Below, piece by piece: positions 1 through 7,752 of a stretch of 32,895 nucleotides of DNA. Numbering within the stretch: the stretch's first letter is position 1; every line of letters begins with the position of its first letter. Where the stretch lies: the IMG/VR virus record IMGVR_UViG_3300031597_000003, positions 1-32,895 of that record. One strand, 5' to 3'. A program made the position numbers and the translations under genes. The stretch is from a virus. The notes beneath the pieces were generated by a model that saw only the letters and a list, made by a program, of their open reading frames with translations, made no database searches and had not been told where the DNA came from.

Positions 1-127
1 TAGTAGCGCGATCAAGTCTTATTGTTTGTGAGGGATTATTTTTGTCTCGCGCAACATTGTAGTTAACTATTTTATTGCCTTCCAGATATTGCGCTGTAGA
101 GAACGTATAATCTGTTGCAGGAGTGGT
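1..127. repeat. Left copy of an exact 127-bp overlap with the window end (1-127 = 32769-32895). Circular-closure or assembly overlap; unique genome length 32768 bp.
   Basis: Compared base by base with the last 127 nt and found identical. The overlap lies inside an open reading frame, not at a gene boundary. Confidence 0.95.
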
Positions 128-907
128 TGCCATTTGACGCAAGGTATCATTTGTAAACAAACCACCGCGAACAGCATTAGCAAGCATTTGTTCTTCTGGT
201 GTATCGCCAAAACTATCAGCAAGGTCTGTTTCAAATTGTGTTTTTAAATTCTTTACCTGAGTTCTTTCTTCTCTAGCAGTTTTTGAATCTGTTGCGCCTT
301 GTATTAAGTTTTTAATTCTAAGATCTGTTTCTTCTTCGTATAGGTCAAAACGAGCAACTCTTTCTTCTCTAGCAGAAACAGAATTAGCAAGAGCCTCAAC
401 ATTTTGAGCCATCTCAAAAGGAAAACTAGTAGCCGCCCTCTGAGCTTGTGCTGCCGATGCCTCTGCGGACGCAGCACGTTGCGCATCAAGAACATTTTCT
501 CGTTTTATTTGCCTTTCGCGATCTTGATTTTCTATTCGTTTTTCTGCCGCAGCTTGACGCAACGCAGCAGCGCGAACAGGGTCAATAGACTGAAGAGCTT
601 GTGCAGCTTGCAACATTCCATCTGGAGTAGACATGTCGATGCCTTGGATTTGTTCTCCAAGTTTTTCACCAGTAGTCCTTGGATCTAACCCAAGCAGAGG
701 CTGTACTGCACGGCGCAAGTCTTCGTTGCGTTGTACACCTAGCTGACCTGCCATCTGAGCAAGAGGCGCTGCGGCTCTAGCTAATCCGGTAAGATTAGAA
801 GACAACAACCTGCCTTGTGTCATGCCCTGCTGTAGTAGCTTTTCTTGACGCTGCTCAGGAGTATCAATGATATCCGCGAAGAGTGTGTTTATATTGATAG
901 GTGTCAT
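1..907 (-). CDS. N-terminal part (about 302 codons) of a 554-aa coiled-coil internal virion / ejection-type protein. It crosses the circular junction and continues at 32768..32011.
   Basis: ATG at 907, two nt after the upstream stop, with GGGG about 10 nt upstream. I read every codon of this minus frame from 907 to 2 and found no stop. The frame is continuous through the overlap into listed ORF 32011..32739. Ala/Gln/Arg/Glu-rich, heptad-like sequence. Confidence 0.8.
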   Translation of the reverse strand, partial: MTPININTLFADIIDTPEQRQEKLLQQGMTQGRLLSSNLTGLARAAAPLAQMAGQLGVQRNEDLRRAVQPLLGLDPRTTGEKLGEQIQGIDMSTPDGMLQAAQALQSIDPVRAAALRQAAAEKRIENQDRERQIKRENVLDAQRAASAEASAAQAQRAATSFPFEMAQNVEALANSVSAREERVARFDLYEEETDLRIKNLIQGATDSKTAREERTQVKNLKTQFETDLADSFGDTPEEQMLANAVRGGLFTNDTLRQMATTPATDYTFSTAQYLEGNKIVNYNVARDKNNPSQTIRLDRAT

Positions 908-909
908 AG

Positions 910-1944
910 TTATTGCCCCGGAAATAATGGCGAGTTAGGATTTAGACCAAAACCACCAGAGCCAATAGTAATCATAGGTTGACTAGAGGCAGGAGGATTA
1001 GCGGCAGCTTGCTCGCCCTTCAGCAAATCAAACAGACCTTGAAATTGCTGCTGACGCAATGCCGCTGCCAGACCCTCAAAGCCTAATTGCGCTTCTAGTC
1101 CTGACTCTGCCAGTCCTGCTCCTGTAGTTATGGCGCTTGACTGCAATGCTGCTCTAATTCTTGCTTCCTCTAATGCAGGGGCAAGATTTGCGAGGAGTTG
1201 GTTCTGCCCTTGATAGGCGGCAGGTAATGACTGTAGACCTAGCTGACCCAACAAATCAAACCTATTTCGTGTTTCTCCTAGACCCTGCAATGTTTGCTGT
1301 GAGGTTAACGCTTGCTCTGCCCTAGCCTGTTCCATAGCGGTTAATGCAGAACCTGCTTGCTGCTCCTGTATAGCCTTCTCAAGAGCAAGTTGCTCCGGTG
1401 TACCACCAAACATGCCTGTGCGAACACCTGTCCTTCCCTGCCCAAATAGACGCTCCTCAAGGGCAAGACGCTGACGCTCCTGCTCAGGTGCTTGCAGGGC
1501 TGTGAGGTTGCCCATAATCTCTTGCTCTCGCGTAGCCCTTTGCGTAGGGTCTTGCGTTAGCATGCCTATCACAGATGCTTGTTCGTCTGCGCGAGCTTGC
1601 GGGTCATCCAAGAATCCAAATGCACGAGTACCAAAACCTAGCATCCGCTCTTGTAGAGCCTGTTCCGTAGGGCTTAGCATTGTATCCATGTTGCCCGTAG
1701 AACTAAAAGTAGCCCTTGCACCAGTAGGCGTGGTAATGCCAAACGGTTTAAACTGAGACTCAGCTTTGACCATGCCAAGCAAGCCGCCCTCAGGAACGGT
1801 GTAATCCGAACCATAGATAGCAGTGGTCGCGTCTTTGCCTAGACCTCTGATGTCTTTGATTGCTTCGTTTTGCGCAGCCGCTCCACCTAATCCCGCGAGG
1901 AGGTTGCCTGTTTGACTGCCAATTAAATTAGTAAGCCATTCCAT
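910..1944 (-). CDS. 344-aa Gly/Ala/Gln-rich putative internal virion protein.
   Basis: Listed ORF. Its ATG overlaps the upstream stop (TAATG at 1942-1946). Low-complexity G/A/Q composition. Sits after the nozzle gene, as the T7 internal core genes do. Confidence 0.75.
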   Translation of the reverse strand: MEWLTNLIGSQTGNLLAGLGGAAAQNEAIKDIRGLGKDATTAIYGSDYTVPEGGLLGMVKAESQFKPFGITTPTGARATFSSTGNMDTMLSPTEQALQERMLGFGTRAFGFLDDPQARADEQASVIGMLTQDPTQRATREQEIMGNLTALQAPEQERQRLALEERLFGQGRTGVRTGMFGGTPEQLALEKAIQEQQAGSALTAMEQARAEQALTSQQTLQGLGETRNRFDLLGQLGLQSLPAAYQGQNQLLANLAPALEEARIRAALQSSAITTGAGLAESGLEAQLGFEGLAAALRQQQFQGLFDLLKGEQAAANPPASSQPMITIGSGGFGLNPNSPLFPGQ

Positions 1945-2177
1945 TAGTAAGTACCTCCATCAATAGTGCCAAAGGTAGACGTACCACTAACGGTTAAGTT
2001 AGCTGCGGTTACCGTTCCTGTAAATGTGGGAGACTCAGAGTTTGACTTACTGTTTACTGCTACAGCAACTGCATCGTACTCAGCCCCTACCTCAGTGCCT
2101 TTGATTACTTTAGCGGGGTTACCACTAACCAAAGCATCCTTGGCTGCGAAGTTTGTTATCTTCGTGTAGTTAGACAT
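1944..2177 (-). CDS. 77-aa small fibre-like protein (tail-fibre N-terminal-anchor-like stub).
   Basis: Listed ORF with TAATG overlaps at both ends. Its FTGTVTAANLTVSGTSTFGTIDGG segment resembles TATVSGTLTANGTFASSNAVVTGGSIN in the giant fibre. Confidence 0.7.
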   Translation of the reverse strand: MSNYTKITNFAAKDALVSGNPAKVIKGTEVGAEYDAVAVAVNSKSNSESPTFTGTVTAANLTVSGTSTFGTIDGGTY

Positions 2178-3706
2178 TACACAATCCTTCCCATTAGGGC
2201 TTGAATATTAATTTCTTGCAAGGCAATGGTCTTGCCATCAACTGTTGTCTCTACGCCAACGGCTACTACTGTACCCTGTCCTGACGTATTGATTTTCTTT
2301 CGCGTTATTAGTGCTATAGAGGAAGAATACTCTGCCTCTGTGTTAAATTCTGAGATATTGTATTGTCCCACATTCGACTGAGGTAAAGTATACGCTTGCT
2401 TCTTGTACGCACCAGAGTAGTCGTATGCCCAGTTCAATACCACAGTAGCCTCAGCCCCATCAAAAGTAGTGAGATTGATCTTCTTCAAGAACTTTAGGTT
2501 AGATGTATCGCCAAAGCTAAGAGGATGACTAAAGTAGCTAAGAAGATAATTGGTTGTTCCATCTCTAAATCCTGTGTATTGAGCAATACCTGCACTATTA
2601 CCAAGGTATAAATCCTCGGTAGATGTGTTGGCAAAGGCTAGTGGATTAATATGCGACCATGTTGTGGCTCTAAAACTCCCGTCTTGTAGAGGGAAGCGAG
2701 TATCAAAACAATATACTACAGCTAGTTGTGGGAAGTTTAGTAACACAAACGCCTCGCGAGGCGAGTAGTGCATGCTAATGTTACCTGTTTCTGCCGCGAA
2801 GAGAGACTTAATATCGTTGTTGACGTTCTTAGAGATGTCGCCGATAGGTGCTGACTTCTCTTGGATGGTTCTTGCAAGGCTTCTGACACCTGAGTCATCA
2901 AGGAAGATAAGGTCTTTACCAGTAGATACCACTGCGTCTCGCGACACACAACCCACATTAGATATGGTATCCGCGAGGGTCATATTAGCGGGGCTTTCCG
3001 CTCCTGAATACAAGACGATAGAGTTCCTGCCAAATATCACTAGGAAGCCGTTGTGAGCCGCTAGAGCAACGATCGTGTCGTACCCTGTAGGCCATACAGT
3101 CGTGATGTCAATCGAGCCTGTAGAGCCTCCTGTCCAATGTGAGCCGTTTAACAGGTCAGACCAGTAGATAGTAGATTTGTTGTCCGTAAAGTCTGCCACC
3201 CATAGGCGACCAAACGCAGCTAGACACTCGTTACCTTGAGGCGGCGTACCTGTAGCGTGTCCATGAGCTGACATAGGGTCAAATGTACTGGTGCTGTCTT
3301 TGTAAACTAGCGGCTCGTATCCACGCTGAAAGAAATACATCGAGTCGTTAAAGTTGACCATCTTCCAATTGTTAGCGGTAATGGTATATCCCGCAGGAGT
3401 TAGGTCGGTTAACGTGGTTGTGCCTGAAAAGACTTTGTTGTTTCCTGCCGAGAAAAAGATCGTATCTCCGTCATTAGCAACAAACTCGCCCATAGATTCA
3501 ATACCATCCGAGCTGCCTAGTACCGCAGCGCCATTGGTAGAGATCATGCTGTAGCCCTTTCTCGCGGCTATCCTTCCCTCTTTGTCAATTACACAGTTAT
3601 CCGCAACAGCAGCAAAGCTAGGCTCTTGCGCGAGAGGTGCGTCTTGGGTGTTAATACCCGCAAATCCCGGCGCTGTAATTGTAATGCTCTGTAGTTGTTG
3701 AGCCAT
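2177..3706 (-). CDS. 509-aa putative tail tubular protein B / nozzle (T7 gp12-like).
   Basis: Directly follows the adaptor-like gene. The N-terminus APGFAGINTQDAPLAQEP...DKEGRIAARKGY resembles the gp12-type GGISQQP...Q...N...G..KR pattern (from memory). Confidence 0.6.
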   Translation of the reverse strand: MAQQLQSITITAPGFAGINTQDAPLAQEPSFAAVADNCVIDKEGRIAARKGYSMISTNGAAVLGSSDGIESMGEFVANDGDTIFFSAGNNKVFSGTTTLTDLTPAGYTITANNWKMVNFNDSMYFFQRGYEPLVYKDSTSTFDPMSAHGHATGTPPQGNECLAAFGRLWVADFTDNKSTIYWSDLLNGSHWTGGSTGSIDITTVWPTGYDTIVALAAHNGFLVIFGRNSIVLYSGAESPANMTLADTISNVGCVSRDAVVSTGKDLIFLDDSGVRSLARTIQEKSAPIGDISKNVNNDIKSLFAAETGNISMHYSPREAFVLLNFPQLAVVYCFDTRFPLQDGSFRATTWSHINPLAFANTSTEDLYLGNSAGIAQYTGFRDGTTNYLLSYFSHPLSFGDTSNLKFLKKINLTTFDGAEATVVLNWAYDYSGAYKKQAYTLPQSNVGQYNISEFNTEAEYSSSIALITRKKINTSGQGTVVAVGVETTVDGKTIALQEINIQALMGRIV

Positions 3707-4354
3707 CTACACCACCATGTAAGTTGTTTCTAAGGGATATCTGTTAGCGTCTACTGCGATTGCATCTGACAACGCTGATGAAGCTACGGCAAACTGCTCT
3801 GCTGCTGACTGACCACCTGTCTCACCCCTTTCGCGAAGAGCCATAGCGTAGGCCATCTGTACGATAGGATGATACGGGGCTTTGATCTTGGTAGCATCTG
3901 CTGTTAGTAGAGCCTGTGGTGCAGCAATATCAAACCGTAGCGTGTACACAGCGTCAGGCTGTGGATAGACCTTAACTTTAAGATCATCGTTATCATCTAC
4001 TCCGCTTACAATGTAGTCGGTAGGTACTGCATTCGCGGGAGTTTGATTGAAGTATAAGTTGTCAAAATACGGCACAGTGTTCAGCGTCAAGAATCCGTGA
4101 CCGCTGCTGCTAAGTGCTTGCTTAATCACCGCGCTCTGACCTGAGCCAGTAAGCGAATACTCGGCCTGACCTACGACCGTAGCAACTTGGATAGTGCTTC
4201 TCAGTGAGGAAAATGTCCATGAATCTTCTACTAGTTTCTTTGCGTCATTGACTAGGTCTCCTATCAAAGCAGAGTAAGAAGTCTCGCTAGTGGTAGTGAC
4301 TTCATCTTCTCGTAACCTGCGGAGGACGTTATTGATTGCTTCTAAGTATGTCAT
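3707..4354 (-). CDS. 215-aa putative tail tubular protein A / adaptor (T7 gp11-like).
   Basis: The N-terminus YLEAINNVLRRLRE...DAKKLVEDSWTFSS parallels T7 gp11 AVNDILASIGE...INRQIQSRGWTFN. Size is about 200 aa and it is adjacent to the nozzle gene. Confidence 0.65.
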   Translation of the reverse strand: MTYLEAINNVLRRLREDEVTTTSETSYSALIGDLVNDAKKLVEDSWTFSSLRSTIQVATVVGQAEYSLTGSGQSAVIKQALSSSGHGFLTLNTVPYFDNLYFNQTPANAVPTDYIVSGVDDNDDLKVKVYPQPDAVYTLRFDIAAPQALLTADATKIKAPYHPIVQMAYAMALRERGETGGQSAAEQFAVASSALSDAIAVDANRYPLETTYMVV

Positions 4355-5608
4355 CTACCTGCCTCCAGTGGCTTGTAAGAATCGCTCGAACATCCCGACC
4401 GGAATGTTGTCTAGCTCTGTAAACTTTGGCTCAAAGAAGAGCGAGTCAGTAATAGGGGTGTCTTGGATAGACTGAAACAACGAGATGTTAGTTGTTTGCT
4501 TTGGAGTTGGCTGCATGAGTGTCGGCAAGATAGGTGTGTCGTTGACAATAACATTAGGGTCTTCAGCAATAACAGGAGTATCAAGTACAGGGATTACCTC
4601 GTCATCCTCTGTAACTACTGCGTCATCCTCTGTAACTACTGAATCATCCGATACTACTGAGTCATCCGCAATAATTCCGCCGCCTGTGGTTAAGACTTCT
4701 CCCGTGTTGAGCGTGTCAGTTGCCTCATTAAATACATCACCAGTATCTTCTGCACCATCACCTGCTGTTTCTTGGTTATTAATTGCAGTTTCTGACTCTG
4801 CTGCTGCTTGGTTAATGCTTTCTACTGTATTGCCTGTAATCCTAGCTACGTCTTGAGCAGAGACTCCTCGCTCATTTACTACGTCTACAACCTTGCGAAT
4901 ACTGTTGCGGTCATACGCTCCAAAGATATCTAGCGCATCTTGGAAGATAGACGCGAGGTCTTTGGTTTTGTCTACTGCGTCCCATGCTTCGTCATCAGTA
5001 ACAATTGACTCATCTCCACCTAAACCTGTGACGTTAGGATCAAGCATGTCAACGCCATTGTTTAGAAGATCGTTTTCTAAATTGGTAGTAGATATATTTT
5101 CGTAGTCTGCTGCGGTAGAAGGAAGTCCAAGCGATGCTAATGTATCGCCCATTTGCGCAAAGTAATCTTCCGCGCTAACCACGTCAGGAACGCCTTGTGT
5201 TTCTAGCACGTTAGCCAAAGACTCATTAGCCATTGCTTCTGAATAAGTTTGGTTAAACATTTCTTGCGCCGAACGAGGAGCAGAGGTGTCCCCAACATAA
5301 CGTCCCTGTGCTTGGTTAGCCTGAAATACGTCAGCGTCTCCTCTCGTAAATACTCTTGCGTCAAAGTCTCGACCTGACTCATCCGTGTTAACAAAATCAT
5401 CCACAAAATTAAAAGGATCAGCAGAGTCGCTAGGCGCAAGATAAACCTTGTTTATATCAAGATCTTGAGAGTTAATAACTCTGCCGTCGCGACCAATAAT
5501 ATTTAAGTTGCCAAGACTGTGTTGGTACTCTGCTTCAGCAGCACTAACGTACCCTCGGTCAGTGAGAACCTTGGAGTTTGGATTGAGTTTGTTGCTTAAT
5601 CCTGCCAT
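4355..5608 (-). CDS. 417-aa highly acidic protein of unknown function with an internal DDxVVTE repeat.
   Basis: Listed ORF. Abuts the adaptor gene start. Its ATG overlaps the stop of the 59-aa ORF (TAATG at 5606-5610). Confidence 0.8.
   Translation of the reverse strand: MAGLSNKLNPNSKVLTDRGYVSAAEAEYQHSLGNLNIIGRDGRVINSQDLDINKVYLAPSDSADPFNFVDDFVNTDESGRDFDARVFTRGDADVFQANQAQGRYVGDTSAPRSAQEMFNQTYSEAMANESLANVLETQGVPDVVSAEDYFAQMGDTLASLGLPSTAADYENISTTNLENDLLNNGVDMLDPNVTGLGGDESIVTDDEAWDAVDKTKDLASIFQDALDIFGAYDRNSIRKVVDVVNERGVSAQDVARITGNTVESINQAAAESETAINNQETAGDGAEDTGDVFNEATDTLNTGEVLTTGGGIIADDSVVSDDSVVTEDDAVVTEDDEVIPVLDTPVIAEDPNVIVNDTPILPTLMQPTPKQTTNISLFQSIQDTPITDSLFFEPKFTELDNIPVGMFERFLQATGGR
4600..4659 (-). 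repeat. In-frame tandem repeat: two perfect 21-bp copies (4600-4620, 4621-4641) plus a degenerate 18-bp copy. Encodes (VVTEDDA)-type units.
   Basis: cgtcatcctctgtaactactg occurs twice back to back, then aatcatccgatactactg. Confidence 0.9.
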
Positions 5609-5787
5609 TACTCGTCCTCATCTACTAACAAATTGTTTGTTAGCGCTGACTTATAGGTTTCAATCAACCCGATTAAAATTATAGGACTTAGCCCTAGATC
5701 TATTTGCGACTCAACCCAGTTTCCTAACTCTTCCATCGCGTCTTCTATTTGATGATCTACTTTGGTATTTGGAAACTCTACAATCAT
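5608..5787 (-). CDS. 59-aa hypothetical protein (too short for the ORF track).
   Basis: Hand translation gives MIVEFPNTKVDHQIEDAMEELGNWVESQIDLGLSPIILIGLIETYKSALTNNLLVDEDE. AGGA lies about 8 nt upstream. It fills the gap exactly and its stop overlaps the next ATG. Confidence 0.6.
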   Translation of the reverse strand: MIVEFPNTKVDHQIEDAMEELGNWVESQIDLGLSPIILIGLIETYKSALTNNLLVDEDE

Positions 5788-5795
5788 AATAATTC

Positions 5796-6203
5796 CTAAT
5801 TGTTTCGCTCTACTTTTTTAACTTTCTCAAAGGAGCGTAGTCCACCAAGACCAAGCATTCCCATTAACACAGGTAGCATTGTAGCAAGGTCAATCATTGG
5901 AACTTCAACGCCTGTCTCTAGCAGATTCAAGCTCATGTTCGCGAAAGGGATGACTAGAAAGTTACCTGCCATTCCCAACACACAGACCCATCCACAGGCA
6001 GGTCGCCACCCTGCTACAAACATACTGTTGTGCTTGGCTTCTACCTTGTTAATCTCTAGCTGTGCTTTAACTTGCTCGTTTGTATGACGCTCTGCCATAG
6101 TTGCAATGTCATGAGCTAGTTTTTCTTTTAAGTCTTTATCGGGTATTGCCTTGTCTAACAAGTCAGACACTGGCCCGATTAATGAACCTAACATTGCTAA
6201 CAT
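5796..6203 (-). CDS. 135-aa putative holin, GTA-type 3-TM holin family.
   Basis: An amphipathic N-terminus is followed by INKVEAKHNSMFVAGWRPACGWVCVLGMAGNFLVIP and two further hydrophobic segments. This matches my memory of the 'holin of 3TMs for gene-transfer release' family. Confidence 0.7.
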   Translation of the reverse strand: MLAMLGSLIGPVSDLLDKAIPDKDLKEKLAHDIATMAERHTNEQVKAQLEINKVEAKHNSMFVAGWRPACGWVCVLGMAGNFLVIPFANMSLNLLETGVEVPMIDLATMLPVLMGMLGLGGLRSFEKVKKVERNN

Positions 6204-6326
6204 CTAAGCCACCGATAACACAATAAGGATAAAAGCAGCTAATAAAATAGCAATAGTAGCTTGCTCGTCAGTCGAACCCATAAACTTAGCTTTGGCAAAC
6301 TTGCCGATTACTTTAACGTATTTCAT
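6204..6326 (-). CDS. 40-aa membrane peptide with a C-terminal TM (too short for the ORF track).
   Basis: Hand translation gives MKYVKVIGKFAKAKFMGSTDEQATIAILLAAFILIVLSVA. AAGGA lies 7 nt upstream. Its stop abuts the holin ATG. Confidence 0.55.
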   Translation of the reverse strand: MKYVKVIGKFAKAKFMGSTDEQATIAILLAAFILIVLSVA

Positions 6327-6335
6327 AGTTAATCC

Positions 6336-6557
6336 TTATTTGTCAGCCTTGGTATCAAGTCTTTTAAAGATCGCACCGAGCATCTCTTTTATTTCGCGTA
6401 TGTCATCGCGGTAATCTTCTTTAGCTACATACATGAGAGGTATGGACTTCATGTCAGCATCAATCCTATCCAATAATGCAAAGACTCTATTTACTAACCA
6501 TCCAACAACGAATCCTGCGACTGCTATTGTGACGTTGAACATGACTTGATAATCCAT
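6336..6557 (-). CDS. 73-aa type-II membrane protein (N-terminal TM, charged C-terminal helix). Could be a holin, antiholin or i-spanin-like lysis accessory.
   Basis: Listed ORF. Contains FNVTIAVAGFVVGWLVNRVFALL, then a charged tail. Sits in the membrane-protein cluster beside the holin. Confidence 0.7.
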   Translation of the reverse strand: MDYQVMFNVTIAVAGFVVGWLVNRVFALLDRIDADMKSIPLMYVAKEDYRDDIREIKEMLGAIFKRLDTKADK

Positions 6558-6564
6558 ACTACAC

Positions 6565-7752
6565 CTATAATGTCAGGTCAGGGACTTTACGCGAGTCTCT
6601 GATTTGATAAACGTGACGTAGAACCTCTCCTCCGTCACGATGGAATACTACTTGATTCATTACGCTAGAAGCGCCGTATCCTGCTCCTGCATGCCAAGAA
6701 TCAGGTGGGGCTAATGTGCCAAAGGCTTCCACGAAAACGCCGTTATCTGTTTCTATGGCGTTCTGGTGATGTATGTGTCCTACTAGCCACTTCCTGTACA
6801 CAGTGGCTGACCACTGCTCTGGTAGCATCTTAGGTAGGATAGCGCCTAGCTTTACAGCCTTGACCTTATCTCCATGATGCACAGCTAAGAGGTTCTTACC
6901 AAACTGCACGGTGTGAAAGAATCCGTGAGGATCTAAGATAGTCACCCTTGGTTCTTTGGAGTAATAAAACTTCAAGATCAACGCGAGGGCGATGGCAGTA
7001 TCTGAGTCGTGGTTACCTCTAGCCATTACCACAACGCAACTCTTATGTTTCGTAAGCAACTTATCTATTGCGTACAAAAAAGTCTGCGCTGCTATCTCAA
7101 GCACTACTTCTATTCTGGTGTCTACGTCTAGCTTCGTTCCCGCAAAGGTAGTACCACTACTACCATTGGCGTGAATGAAGTCTCCTACGTTGACCAGTAG
7201 TGCCTGCTCGGATGCAGGAGCAGCATCTACCAAATACTCTATAGCCGCTAGCATATCATTAGAGGCTATCTTCGTATCGTAATCACGAGCCTTGGTCTCT
7301 CTTGCGTCTGCCCTCATACCAAAGTGTGCGTCACCTATTACAATTGTAGGCAATAAATCCGTAGAAAACTTCTTAGTCTTTGGCTTGGCCTTCGGCTTGT
7401 ACGGTTTAACCCCTTTAACAAGACCGTCAACAAAACCTTGCAGCGCTTTATCTCGCGCAGCCTCGGTCATGGTTCGTTTAGTTTTTAGCCACGCCTTGTT
7501 ACCCTCATCATCAGAGGTGTAGATAGAGCGACCGATGACAAACTCACCTTCCGGCACATGCCTTCGAGCATCCCAATTCTCAGAGTATCCCGCCGCCGCA
7601 GCAGTGTTCTTAGTGATAGACACATAGTCGCGCATGGTGGACTGCGAGATACCGAGTACCCCCGCAGCCCTTGCACTATTGCGACCACATTCTTCCCACA
7701 CTTGCATTGCTTCGCGATGACGGTCTGTCTTTGCGTAGTCGACTAGACTCAT
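6565..7752 (-). CDS. 395-aa fusion of an N-terminal HTH with a C-terminal calcineurin-like (Mre11/SbcD-type) metallophosphoesterase.
   Basis: HTH-like NSARAAGVLGISQSTMRDYV. Lys/Pro linker KPYKPKAKPKTKK. Ordered motifs GDAHFG, GDFIHANG, GNHD, HHGD, GHIHH. The ATG overlaps the tail-fibre stop (TAATG at 7750-7754). Confidence 0.85.
   Translation of the reverse strand: MSLVDYAKTDRHREAMQVWEECGRNSARAAGVLGISQSTMRDYVSITKNTAAAAGYSENWDARRHVPEGEFVIGRSIYTSDDEGNKAWLKTKRTMTEAARDKALQGFVDGLVKGVKPYKPKAKPKTKKFSTDLLPTIVIGDAHFGMRADARETKARDYDTKIASNDMLAAIEYLVDAAPASEQALLVNVGDFIHANGSSGTTFAGTKLDVDTRIEVVLEIAAQTFLYAIDKLLTKHKSCVVVMARGNHDSDTAIALALILKFYYSKEPRVTILDPHGFFHTVQFGKNLLAVHHGDKVKAVKLGAILPKMLPEQWSATVYRKWLVGHIHHQNAIETDNGVFVEAFGTLAPPDSWHAGAGYGASSVMNQVVFHRDGGEVLRHVYQIRDSRKVPDLTL

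Noticed and set aside
1-127. The 127-bp terminal repeat as a genuine direct terminal repeat marking the physical genome ends.
   Set aside because: It falls in the middle of a continuous 554-aa ORF, and its length equals a common maximum assembler k-mer. Real termini cannot be inferred without read data, so this remains possible but unsupported.
4485-4856. Antisense or shadow ORFs inside long late genes (for example 404..688, 1502..1756, 1966..2169, 2772..3056, 4485..4856, 5800..6087, 8191..8442, 11300..11566, 11968..12369, 15698..15919, 29150..29440, 31112..31312).
   Set aside because: All lie within, and opposite or out of frame to, much longer ORFs with recognisable phage functions. Several are low-complexity mirrors of repeats, such as Ser/Thr-rich opposite the acidic repeat and PVT/LP-rich opposite GNVTG. 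None has an SD or gap context.
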